Positions 7,646-15,589 of a stretch of DNA of 32,386 nucleotides are shown here, piece after piece. The position numbers were made by a program, and so were the translations under genes. This DNA is from Ilumatobacteraceae bacterium. Its GTDB lineage: Bacteria; Actinomycetota; Acidimicrobiia; Acidimicrobiales; Ilumatobacteraceae. How positions within the stretch are numbered: the stretch's first letter is position 1; each line of letters begins with the position of its first letter. The DNA is taken from positions 1 to 32,386 of the forward strand of contig JBMSSR010000001.1 of the NCBI GenBank assembly GCA_049424465.1. The letters run 5' to 3'. The notes beneath the pieces were generated by a model. That model had not been told where the DNA came from and did no database searches. It was given only the letters and a program-made list of their open reading frames with translations.

Positions 7646-8881
7646 AGCCTTCGGTCCGTGGAGGAGGACGTCCAGCCCGGGTCGGCGAGCGACTCGTCGC
7701 TGCGGTGGCTACCGGGTGTCACCCGCCTGGTGTGGCGCATCCCGTCGCTCGCCGCGCTGGTTGCGCTCGTGGCGCTCGGCGTCATCCGACTGCCGGGCGG
7801 CGACTCGTCGTCGGTCGCGGCGCTGGTCGATGGCCTCGAGCGACCGATCCCGCGCCACGACGTGATCGAGGTGTGGGTGTGCGACGTGCCGGCCGACAGC
7901 ACGGCTGCGGTGTACGGCGGACTGCCGCTGCGCTTCGACCTCGACCCGGCGCAGCTGGCCGCGACATTCGATGACGGTGTGGCGGGCTACTTCTCGTCGA
8001 TCTCGCACCTCCAGTACACGCAGTCGTTCACGCCTGGTGGGACGGTCTCGATGGGGCGCGATGACGACTACGTCGCGTGTGTCGACGCGGCCATCGCCGG
8101 CGCCCGACTCGACACGACGGTGGTCCTCGCGGTCGCGACCGCCGAGCACGCACCCGGATCGCCGGGTGGCTTCGGCCAACCGGGCAGGGGATGCACCGAC
8201 CGTTCGACCGGCGAGTGCGACGTGGCGGAGTCACGGCGCTACGCCTACGTGGGTGCCTCCGACTTCGGGCCGCAGTGGGCCGACAACCCACCGCTCGACC
8301 TCGTCGAGCACGAGCTCGGGCACACCCTCGGCTGGGTGCACAGCGGCGTCGACCCGGTCTCGGGCGACTACCTGAGTGCGCTCGACGTGATGAGCAACAG
8401 TGCCGCACCCCGCGACGTCGACCGGTCGCGTCGTGATGCACCCGACACGCTGGGAGTGCACCGCCTCGTCGCGGGATGGTTGCGTGGTGTCGAGGTCTCG
8501 GCGGTCGACGATGCGGTGACGGCAACCCTGTCGCCGTCGAACGTGTGGCTCACCGACGTCACTGCAGCCGCTGTCGGCACTCGCCTGCTGGTGCTGCGGA
8601 TCGACGACACATCGTTCCTCACGGTCGAGCTGTTCGTCGCGACGGGGCACGACTCGCATCTGCCGTCGACGGGAGTCGCCGTGCACCGCGTGCGGTGTCG
8701 AGACGACGACCCCACGGTGATCGAGTCGATCGACCCGATCACACCCGGCGGGGTGCTGCCGTTCACCGACCTGCTCCAGTCGAAGGGCTCGCTGACGACG
8801 GACGGCTGGACGATCGAGGTCGTCGAGTGGAGCGACGACGGCTGGGTGGTGTCGGCGACACCCATAGGCTCGACGCCGTGA
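7571..8881 (+). CDS. putative secreted/membrane-anchored zinc metalloprotease with metzincin motif (family unassigned)
   Basis: HELGHTLGWVH (8309-8341) fits HExxHxxGxxH, and a possible Met-turn (ALDVMSN) lies 20 residues later. N-terminal hydrophobic anchor: IPSLAALVALVALGV. The start is uncertain: ATG 7571, or GTG 7658 which sits 7 nt after a TAGCCT -10 box. Confidence 0.6.
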   Translation: MMTRRGDPPIITVTLVVGPLAVAAHSLRSVEEDVQPGSASDSSLRWLPGVTRLVWRIPSLAALVALVALGVIRLPGGDSSSVAALVDGLERPIPRHDVIEVWVCDVPADSTAAVYGGLPLRFDLDPAQLAATFDDGVAGYFSSISHLQYTQSFTPGGTVSMGRDDDYVACVDAAIAGARLDTTVVLAVATAEHAPGSPGGFGQPGRGCTDRSTGECDVAESRRYAYVGASDFGPQWADNPPLDLVEHELGHTLGWVHSGVDPVSGDYLSALDVMSNSAAPRDVDRSRRDAPDTLGVHRLVAGWLRGVEVSAVDDAVTATLSPSNVWLTDVTAAAVGTRLLVLRIDDTSFLTVELFVATGHDSHLPSTGVAVHRVRCRDDDPTVIESIDPITPGGVLPFTDLLQSKGSLTTDGWTIEVVEWSDDGWVVSATPIGSTP

Positions 8882-9279
8882 CACCCGAGCAGCACGAGAT
8901 GTTCGAGGCGGCGCTCGCCGCGTACGGCAACGCACACGCCCCGTACAGCGGGTTCCCGGTGGGTGCCGCAGTGCGCAGTGCCAGTGGGCGCGTCTATTCC
9001 GGGTGCAATGTCGAGAATGCTGCCTACCCGCAGGGCTGGTGCGCCGAGGCGAGCGCGATCGCGGCGATGGTGACAGCGGGAGAGCGGCGCATTGCCGCCG
9101 TGCTGGTCGTGGCCGGCGGTACCGAGACCATCACGTGCTGCGGTGGCTGCCGGCAGAAGATCCGCGAGTTCGCGTCGGCGGACGTGCCGGTGTGGTCGTG
9201 CGACCCGGCGGGGCTGCGCGCAGCCTTCACGCTGGGCGAGTTGCTGCCGCATTCCTTCGGCCGCGACAACCTCGCCTGA
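8878..9279 (+). CDS. cdd: cytidine deaminase
   Basis: CAE zinc/catalytic motif (GWCAEASAI) and CCGGCRQ (PCGxCRQ-type), giving a 133-aa homotetrameric-type CDA. GTG 8878 overlaps the protease stop as GTGA. Confidence 0.88.
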   Translation: MTPEQHEMFEAALAAYGNAHAPYSGFPVGAAVRSASGRVYSGCNVENAAYPQGWCAEASAIAAMVTAGERRIAAVLVVAGGTETITCCGGCRQKIREFASADVPVWSCDPAGLRAAFTLGELLPHSFGRDNLA

Positions 9280-9281
9280 AC

Positions 9282-9287
9282 TAGCGT
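9282..9287 (+). promoter_or_regulatory. -10 box TAGCGT upstream of the aminotransferase
   Basis: TAGCGT, then 7 nt, then ATG 9295. No SD is present. The context CTAGCGTC is shared with the ccr and GNAT promoters. Confidence 0.4.
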
Positions 9288-9294
9288 CGCCCGC

Positions 9295-10464
9295 ATGTCG
9301 ACGCGGGCACCGCACCTCACCGCCAAGTTGCAGGGCTTTGGCACCACGATCTTCGCCGAGATGTCAGCGCTCGCCGTGCAGACCGACAGCGTCAACCTCG
9401 GCCAGGGGTTCCCCGACACCGAGGGGCCCCGTGAGGTGCTCGACGCGGCGATCGACGCGATCAACGGCGGACTCAACCAGTACCCACCCGGCCCGGGCAT
9501 GGCGGTGCTGCGCGAGGCGATCGCCGCGCACCAGCAGCGCTTCTACGGGCTGCAGTACGACCCGGCGACCGAGGTGCTCGTCACCGCCGGCGCGACCGAG
9601 GCGCTCGCGGCGACGCTGCTGTCGATGCTGGACACCGGCGACGAGGTCGTGGTCCTCGAGCCGATGTTCGACAGCTACGCGCCGTGCATCGCACTGGCCG
9701 GTGCCGTCGCCAAGCCGGTCACCATCCGCCCGCCGCACTACACCATCGACCCCGACGAGCTCCGTGCGGCCTTCAGCGCGAAGACCAAGCTCGTGCTGCT
9801 GAACACGCCGCACAACCCCACCGGACGAGTGTTCACGCGCGCCGAGCTCGAGATCATCACCGACCTCGTCAAGGAGTTCGACGTCACGCTCGTGACCGAC
9901 GAGGTGTACGAGCACCTGGTGTTCGACGGCCTGACGCACGTCTCACCGGCGTCGCTGCCCGGAATGCGCGAGCGAACGGTCGTCATCTCGAGCGGCGGCA
10001 AGACGTTCAACACGACGGGGTGGAAGGTCGGCTGGATCACCGGCCCCGCCGCGATGGTCGCCGCCGTGCGAACGGCGAAGCAGTTCCTCACGTACGTGAA
10101 CTCGGGACCGTTCCAGCCGGCCATCGCGGTCGGCCTGCGGCTACCCGACTCGTTCTACGCCGACCTGGCGGCCGACCTGCAGGCCAAGCGCGACCGCCTG
10201 CTGCCGGGCCTCGAGGCAGCGGGCTTCGACGTGTTCGCCACCTCGAGCACCTACTTCGTGACGGTCGACGTCACGCCACTGCAGCCCGATGGTGACGGCA
10301 TGGCGTTCTGCCGCAACCTGCCGAATGCGTGTGGTGTCGTGGCGATCCCGACCGAGGTGCTGTACATGAACAAGCACGAGGGCCGTCACCTCGTGCGGTT
10401 CGCGTTCTGCAAGCGACTCGAGGTGCTCGACGAAGCCGTGGCGCGGCTCGCCCGTCTCGGCTGA
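9295..10464 (+). CDS. PLP-dependent class I aminotransferase (glutamine transaminase K / YbdL / DapC-like)
   Basis: 389 aa with fold-type I motifs: LNTPHNPTG and the PLP-lysine region SSGGKTFNTTGWKVGW. TAGCGT -10 box 7 nt upstream of the ATG. Confidence 0.88.
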   Translation: MSTRAPHLTAKLQGFGTTIFAEMSALAVQTDSVNLGQGFPDTEGPREVLDAAIDAINGGLNQYPPGPGMAVLREAIAAHQQRFYGLQYDPATEVLVTAGATEALAATLLSMLDTGDEVVVLEPMFDSYAPCIALAGAVAKPVTIRPPHYTIDPDELRAAFSAKTKLVLLNTPHNPTGRVFTRAELEIITDLVKEFDVTLVTDEVYEHLVFDGLTHVSPASLPGMRERTVVISSGGKTFNTTGWKVGWITGPAAMVAAVRTAKQFLTYVNSGPFQPAIAVGLRLPDSFYADLAADLQAKRDRLLPGLEAAGFDVFATSSTYFVTVDVTPLQPDGDGMAFCRNLPNACGVVAIPTEVLYMNKHEGRHLVRFAFCKRLEVLDEAVARLARLG

Positions 10465-10499
10465 CACTCCGCCAGTCGACCGACGCCGCCAGATGTGCG

Positions 10500-11273
10500 C
10501 TACGAGCGCCGGTCGGGCAGGAAGCGGAAGCGTTCGCGCACGGCCGCCACGTGCGCCGGCTCGATGTCCGCGAACAGGATGGTCTCGCCCTGTGAGCCGG
10601 TCGCCAGCAACTCGCCCAGCGGGTCGATGATGCGGCTGTCACCGACGTACTTGAGGCCACCACCCTCGCCGACGCGGTTGCAGCCGACGACGTAGGCCTG
10701 GTTCTCGATGGCGCGCGCCTGCAGCAGCGACATCCAGTGGGCACGACGCACCTCGGGCCAGTTGGCCGGCACGAGGTAGAGGTCGGTCGTGGTGGCGAGC
10801 TGCCAGAACTCGTCGGCGAACCGCAGGTCGTAGCAGACGAAGGGCGACACGCGAACGCCGTCGATGACGATCTGCACCAGCTCGGTGCCGGGACGGAAGT
10901 ACTTGTCCTCACCGCCGTATGTGAACGGGTGGATCTTGCGGTAGCGGTGCACGATGCCGTCGGGGCCGGCCAGGACGAACGAGTTGGCGGGGCGACGATC
11001 TGTGGGATCACTGCCGGTCGGGATCTCCGGGCACGTGCCACAGACCCACACCCCGTGCCGCCCTGCCTGCTCGACGAGGAACTGCGACGACGGCCCGCCC
11101 TCGGGCTCGCCGAGATCAGGGTCGTCCATGACGAAGCCGGTCGAGAACGTCTCGGTCAGCAGCACGAGACGCGCACCACCTGCGACGGCGGCGGCGATCT
11201 GTGGCTCGAGTCGCGCGAAGTTCGCGCTGCGGTCCTTCCAGACGATGTCGTGCTGCACGGCGGCGAGTCGCAT
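10500..11273 (-). CDS. carbon-nitrogen hydrolase family protein (omega-amidase/YafV-like)
   Basis: Start taken at MRLAAVQ (ATG 11273). Glu-Lys-Cys triad contexts: LLTETF, RKIHPF, VCYDLRF. TACGAT -10 box 6 nt upstream. Confidence 0.88.
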   Translation of the reverse strand: MRLAAVQHDIVWKDRSANFARLEPQIAAAVAGGARLVLLTETFSTGFVMDDPDLGEPEGGPSSQFLVEQAGRHGVWVCGTCPEIPTGSDPTDRRPANSFVLAGPDGIVHRYRKIHPFTYGGEDKYFRPGTELVQIVIDGVRVSPFVCYDLRFADEFWQLATTTDLYLVPANWPEVRRAHWMSLLQARAIENQAYVVGCNRVGEGGGLKYVGDSRIIDPLGELLATGSQGETILFADIEPAHVAAVRERFRFLPDRRS

Positions 11274-11279
11274 GTCGTG

Positions 11280-11285
11280 ATCGTA
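11280..11285 (-). promoter_or_regulatory. -10 box TACGAT upstream of the C-N hydrolase
   Basis: Minus strand: TACGAT, then 6 nt, then ATG 11273. Confidence 0.4.
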
Positions 11286-11297
11286 CGCTCGGTACGA
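11281..11297. promoter_or_regulatory. inverted repeat TCGTAC-N5-GTACGA, candidate TetR operator
   Basis: 6-bp perfect arms (7 of 8 if extended to 11279-11299) in the 51-nt divergent spacer. It overlaps the TACGAT -10 box of the hydrolase promoter. Confidence 0.45.
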
Positions 11298-11312
11298 ACG
11301 GAGCGTGCGCCC

Positions 11313-11318
11313 TAAGGT
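11313..11318 (+). promoter_or_regulatory. -10 box TAAGGT upstream of tetR
   Basis: TAAGGT, then 6 nt, then GTG 11325. Confidence 0.4.
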
Positions 11319-11324
11319 GGCGGC

Positions 11325-11933
11325 GTGTACGACGCGCGCCCTTCGCCGCAGCAGGAGCGGAGCCTCCGATCGATCGATGCCATCGTCGACGCCGCCGAGC
11401 ACCTCATCGACGTGCGCGGCCAGGTGACGCTGTCGGCGCACGAACTCGCTGCAGCGGCGGGCATCTCGGTGGGGCGGGTCTACTACTGGTTCCCCGACAT
11501 GCCGTCAGTGGTGGCTGCGCTGTGCGATCGCGGCATCCAGCGGCTCGAGCAGCACTTCGCCGATGCGCTCGACCTCTCCGAGAGCGCCACCGAGCGGGGC
11601 GAGTTCGTCCACCGGCTCGGTGAGCTGGTGGCCGAGTTCTTCGGTGCCAACCCCGCGCTCGTCGTGCTGTGCCTGTCCGGCGGCTCGCTCGAGGACCACG
11701 GCGCGTCGATCCGTGCGGCAGTGCACGACCTCGCCGCAGGTGTGTTCGCCAACCGGGCGCCGCACCTCGATCGCGAGGTACATCGCCGTCTCGGTGTGGA
11801 CGCGACGTCGATCATGCTGTCGATGGTTCGCGAGGGTCAGCGCCGGGGAAGCCTCGACGGTGTCGCCGAGTCGATCGCCCTCGTCATGGGTGGCTGGGTG
11901 GCCGCAGTCGTCGGGCAGCGCGTCACCGAGTGA
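11325..11933 (+). CDS. TetR/AcrR family transcriptional regulator
   Basis: N-terminal HTH: SIDAIVDAAEHLI...LSAHELAAAAGISVGRVYYWFPDM. GTG start 6 nt after a TAAGGT box. Confidence 0.88.
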   Translation: MYDARPSPQQERSLRSIDAIVDAAEHLIDVRGQVTLSAHELAAAAGISVGRVYYWFPDMPSVVAALCDRGIQRLEQHFADALDLSESATERGEFVHRLGELVAEFFGANPALVVLCLSGGSLEDHGASIRAAVHDLAAGVFANRAPHLDREVHRRLGVDATSIMLSMVREGQRRGSLDGVAESIALVMGGWVAAVVGQRVTE

Positions 11934-11951
11934 CGTGTCCACCCGATCTGG

Positions 11952-12443
11952 TCACTGCGCGTCGAGCGGCAGCGCCAACAGGCTGACGGTCTTCTTGCCG
12001 CCGTCGGTGTCCTGGCGACCGACCTCTCGGAAGCCGATCGCCTCGTGGAACTCGAGCGACGCGTCATTGCGTGGCCGCACGTTGACCTCGCAGGTCAGCA
12101 GCGGCCACGACCCCCGGAGGCGCGTGCAGAGTTCTGCATAGAACGCGCGCCCGATGCCGAAGCGGCGGAAGTCGGGGTGCACCGCGATGCGGTCGAGATA
12201 GACGAACTCGTCGTAGGTGCGGCTGAACCACGCGTAGTTGAGGCTGCCGTAGGGCTGGCCGGGGGCGATCGCCCAGCAGAACCCGGCGAACGTGCCGTCC
12301 ACCTCGGCCACGAGTGCCACCTCGGCGAGCGCGGCGAGGCGCGCCACCTCGGCGGCATCCAGTTCGTTGAGCGCCGGCACGTTGGCGTTGTTGAGCGCCA
12401 GCACCGCCGGCACGTCGCCCGCAGCGAAGTCCCTGATGTGCAC
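11952..12443 (-). CDS. GNAT family N-acetyltransferase
   Basis: Acetyl-CoA binding motif RIAVHPDFRRFGIGRAFY. Start set at GTG 12443 (VHIRDF...), 7 nt after a TAGCGT box. The longer ORF to 12707 would overlap msrA. Confidence 0.82.
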   Translation of the reverse strand: MHIRDFAAGDVPAVLALNNANVPALNELDAAEVARLAALAEVALVAEVDGTFAGFCWAIAPGQPYGSLNYAWFSRTYDEFVYLDRIAVHPDFRRFGIGRAFYAELCTRLRGSWPLLTCEVNVRPRNDASLEFHEAIGFREVGRQDTDGGKKTVSLLALPLDAQ

Positions 12444-12450
12444 CTTCGTG

Positions 12451-12456
12451 ACGCTA
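12451..12456 (-). promoter_or_regulatory. -10 box TAGCGT upstream of the GNAT gene
   Basis: Minus strand: CTAGCGTCAC, with 7 nt between the hexamer and GTG 12443. Confidence 0.4.
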
Positions 12457-12483
12457 GAGGATGCACCGCGCACGGGGTGTTCG

Positions 12484-12489
12484 TAGGCT
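12484..12489 (+). promoter_or_regulatory. -10 box TAGGCT upstream of msrA
   Basis: TAGGCT, then 6 nt, then ATG 12496. Confidence 0.4.
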
Positions 12490-12495
12490 GCGTGC

Positions 12496-13143
12496 ATGCT
12501 GTTCCGCCGCTCGACCGCGATGGTGACGCCCGATGCAGCACTGCCGGGCCGCACCGACCAGACCATGCCCGTTCCCGCCGCGCACTTCGTGCTCGGCACA
12601 CCGCTCGTGGGGCCGTGGCCCGACGGCACGCAGACCGCTGTGTTCGGGATGGGTTGCTTCTGGGGTGCCGAGCGCGTCTTCTGGCAGCTCGAGGGCGTGT
12701 ACTCCACCGCCGTCGGCTACGCGGGTGGCTACACGCCCAATGCCACGTACGAGGAGGCATGCAGCGGGCTGACCGGCCATGCCGAGGTCGTGCTCGTCGT
12801 GTTCGACCCTGCGGTCATCTCGTTCGAGCAACTGCTGCAGGTGTTCTTCGAGCGCCACGATCCCACGCAGGGCATGCGCCAGGGCAACGATGTGGGCACG
12901 CAGTACCGCAGCGCGGTGTACACCACCGATCCCGCGCAGACGGCGGCAGTCGAGCGCACGATGGCACGCTTCGGCGAGCGCCTGGCCGCTGCCGGGTTCG
13001 GTGCGATCACGACCGAGGTTCGTCCGCTCGACCACTTCTGGTATGCCGAGCCGTACCACCAGCAGTACCTGGGCAAGAACCCCGACGGCTACTGCGGCCT
13101 CGGTGGTACCGGCGTCAGCTGCCCGGTCGGGGTCGGCGCCTGA
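12496..13143 (+). CDS. msrA: peptide-methionine (S)-S-oxide reductase
   Basis: GMGCFWGAE active-site motif, GHAEVV, YHQQYL. TAGGCT box 6 nt upstream of ATG 12496. Confidence 0.92.
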   Translation: MLFRRSTAMVTPDAALPGRTDQTMPVPAAHFVLGTPLVGPWPDGTQTAVFGMGCFWGAERVFWQLEGVYSTAVGYAGGYTPNATYEEACSGLTGHAEVVLVVFDPAVISFEQLLQVFFERHDPTQGMRQGNDVGTQYRSAVYTTDPAQTAAVERTMARFGERLAAAGFGAITTEVRPLDHFWYAEPYHQQYLGKNPDGYCGLGGTGVSCPVGVGA

Positions 13144-13166
13144 CGGTCGAGGCCTGACCGACGTCG

Positions 13167-14339
13167 TCAGCGGTTCGACGGCGACCCGTCGCCGAACGCG
13201 TCCCAGCCCGACGCGCGGATCGCGTCGCCGTCCTCGTCGAGGCCGCGACCCTTCCACCGCAGCACACCCGGTGTGGCGCTGAGCTTGGCGAGCAGACCCT
13301 GCATGGGTGTGCCCTCGAGGTCGACGATCGCGTCGCGAGCGCGGTAGTGCTCGTCGACGGCGATGTCGGCCATCGTCATGACCGGCCCGATCGCCGCCTC
13401 GGCCGCGGTGAACGTGGCGATCACCTCGTCGCGGGGGCGCGCCGTGCACCACGCGGTCATGATCTGCTCGAGCTCGTCACGGTGCTGCATCCGCGCCGCG
13501 AAGTCGACGAAGCGCGGGTCGTCGTGCACACCGAGCACGCGCAGCACTCGTGCGGCGACCGACTCGCTCGAGGTGCTGAGACCGACCCACCCGCCGTCGG
13601 CGCACTGGTACGTGCCACGCGGCACCGAGTACGGCAGGCCGGCACCGAGCCGTTGCTGTTGCTCGCCGGTCAGGCCGAACAGGGTGACGAGCGGACTCAT
13701 CACCTGCAGCAGGCTCTCGACGAGGCTGACGTCGACGACCTGGCCGACGCCGCTGTGCAGCGCGACCATCGTCGCGAAGGCCGCCGCCAGGCCGGTGAGC
13801 TCGTCGGTGAGCGCGATCGGCGGCAGCAGGGGCTGACCGTCGGGCACACCGCTGATGGCAGCGAGGCCCGACATGCTCTCGGCGACAGTGGCGAACCCCG
13901 GGCGCTGTCGGTAGGGGCCGGTCTGGCCGAAGCCGGTGACGCGCGTGACGACGAGCCGTGGGTTGCGGGCGTGCAGGACCCCGGGGCCGAGACCGAGGCG
14001 CTCGAGCGTGCCGGGGCGGAAGTTCTCGACGAGTACGTCGGCGTCGTCGACCAGCCCGAGCAGCACCGCGACGTCGGCGGGATCCTTCAGGTCGAGCGCG
14101 ACCGTGCGCTTGTTGCGGTTGACGAGCTGCCACCACATGCTCTCGCCGGTGCGCTCGTCGATCCACGCAAAGCGGCGCATCGAGTCGCCGCCGTCGGGTC
14201 GCTCGACCTTGATGACATCAGCACCGAAGTCGCCGAGGTACCGCGCGCAATTGGGGCCGGCGAGCACGGTCGCGAGGTCGAGCACGCGTAGACCGGCGAG
14301 TGGTGCCGGAACCGAGTCGTGCGGTGCCACGTGTGTCAC
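13167..14339 (-). CDS. class III CoA-transferase (CaiB/BaiF family)
   Basis: N-terminal LAGLRVLDLATVLAGPNCARYLGDFGADVIKVERPDGGD is typical of family III CoA-transferases. GTG 14339 overlaps the upstream stop as GTGA. The 538-aa track ORF is an upstream extension into the neighbouring gene. Confidence 0.88.
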   Translation of the reverse strand: MTHVAPHDSVPAPLAGLRVLDLATVLAGPNCARYLGDFGADVIKVERPDGGDSMRRFAWIDERTGESMWWQLVNRNKRTVALDLKDPADVAVLLGLVDDADVLVENFRPGTLERLGLGPGVLHARNPRLVVTRVTGFGQTGPYRQRPGFATVAESMSGLAAISGVPDGQPLLPPIALTDELTGLAAAFATMVALHSGVGQVVDVSLVESLLQVMSPLVTLFGLTGEQQQRLGAGLPYSVPRGTYQCADGGWVGLSTSSESVAARVLRVLGVHDDPRFVDFAARMQHRDELEQIMTAWCTARPRDEVIATFTAAEAAIGPVMTMADIAVDEHYRARDAIVDLEGTPMQGLLAKLSATPGVLRWKGRGLDEDGDAIRASGWDAFGDGSPSNR

Positions 14340-15364
14340 CGCAGCCCGATGGTGAAGCAGCGCTGCTCGAGCACGCCGAGCGCATACGACTGGTAGTCGA
14401 TGCCGAAGTCGCGGTAGAGGCCGCGGCAGCGCTCGCTCCAGCGAAGTGCATCGGGGTGCGAGATGCGGTGGACCACCTGCATCACGCCCCCCTCGTACAC
14501 GCGGTACTCGGCCCACGTACCGGGGAAGTCCTTGACGCACCCGATCTCGACGCTCGGCACACCGGATGGCATGTATCGCACCCGATGGCGGTGCGTGTGT
14601 CCCGCCGTGTAGGCGACGAACGAGGCACGGCGCTCGGCGATCTCGCCGAGCCGGTCGCTCGGGTCGGGGTGCAGGCCGAAGTAGTCGTCGCTGCGGTGTC
14701 CGTTCTCGCCGGGCAGCCACTGTTGGTGGTGGCCCATCACGAGCGTGGGTCGGTCGGCCCCTGTCAGCATCGTGTCGAGCCACTCGAGTTGCTCGTCCTC
14801 GAGGAACCCGGTGGTCATGCCGGCCGTCACGGTGTCCAGCAGTGCGACGTGCGCACCCGGCGTCGTGATCCAGTGGTCGCCGACGTACTGCTGCTGACCG
14901 CGGTAGCTGTCGTGGTTGCCGCGCACCACGTGCAGGCGCTCGCCGAACGCGTCGCGGTAACAGGCCTCGAACGCGGCGAACTCGTCGTCGGCACCGTCCT
15001 GCGTGAGATCACCCTTGACGACCACGGCGTCGACGCCGGTCGCCGCGATCTCGGCGACGGCGGCGCGGTTCATCGTCTCGGGGTACGGCGGCTCGCCGGG
15101 CTCGGGGCGCTGGATCGGGCCCTGCGGATGGTCGTCGATCCGTCCGCACTCGACCTCGCCGAAGTGCACGTCGTTGACGGTCGCGATGCGGCACAACAGC
15201 TCGCCCGGAGGACGCTGCAGGGTGGTGACCACCACGCCGTCGATGTCGTAGGTCGTGCCGGGCGCGAGCCCGTCGAGGCGGATGACCTCGGTGCCGCGGT
15301 GCGCGACCACGAGGTCGTCTGCGACGGTGGTGATCTCGAGCACCTGGTCGGGCACGAGGATCAC
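14336..15364 (-). CDS. metallophosphoesterase (calcineurin-like, CpdA/Rv0805-type motif set)
   Basis: Ordered motifs: NDVHFG (DxH), GDLTQDG (GD), RGNHD (GNHD), GHHQ, GHTHRH (GHxH). GTG start. Confidence 0.85.
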   Translation of the reverse strand: MILVPDQVLEITTVADDLVVAHRGTEVIRLDGLAPGTTYDIDGVVVTTLQRPPGELLCRIATVNDVHFGEVECGRIDDHPQGPIQRPEPGEPPYPETMNRAAVAEIAATGVDAVVVKGDLTQDGADDEFAAFEACYRDAFGERLHVVRGNHDSYRGQQQYVGDHWITTPGAHVALLDTVTAGMTTGFLEDEQLEWLDTMLTGADRPTLVMGHHQQWLPGENGHRSDDYFGLHPDPSDRLGEIAERRASFVAYTAGHTHRHRVRYMPSGVPSVEIGCVKDFPGTWAEYRVYEGGVMQVVHRISHPDALRWSERCRGLYRDFGIDYQSYALGVLEQRCFTIGLR

Positions 15365-15389
15365 GGTACCCGTGCGCGGGCGGGGTGGG

Positions 15390-15581
15390 TCAGCGGAACG
15401 GCCGGTCGCGGCGGGTCGGCAGGGGACGCGCCCACCACCGATTGCTGAACCGCCACGTCGGCACCCGCAGCGGGCTGTCGGCCGGCCTGGCGAGGAACGG
15501 CCGCGGCCAGAGGGCCTCGACGGCAGCCGCGATGGCGGCGGCCTCCTCGTCGGTGGGGGACGGCGTGATGTCGGCGTTCAT
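15390..15581 (-). CDS. acyl-CoA carboxylase epsilon subunit
   Basis: 63-aa ORF, the tail of the 615-aa shadow ORF: MNADITPSPTDEEAAAIAAAVEALW...WRFSNRWW. It has the PTxEE-AAA-IAAA and C-terminal Trp/Arg pattern of AccE/PccE proteins, and starts 8 nt after the carboxyltransferase stop. Confidence 0.7.
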   Translation of the reverse strand: MNADITPSPTDEEAAAIAAAVEALWPRPFLARPADSPLRVPTWRFSNRWWARPLPTRRDRPFR

Positions 15582-15589
15582 CGGCGTGA

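Noticed and set aside
13144-13160. Hairpin CGGTC-gaggcct-GACCG between convergent msrA and the CoA-transferase gene, as a terminator
   Set aside because: Only a 5-bp stem and no U-tract on either strand, which is too weak to annotate.
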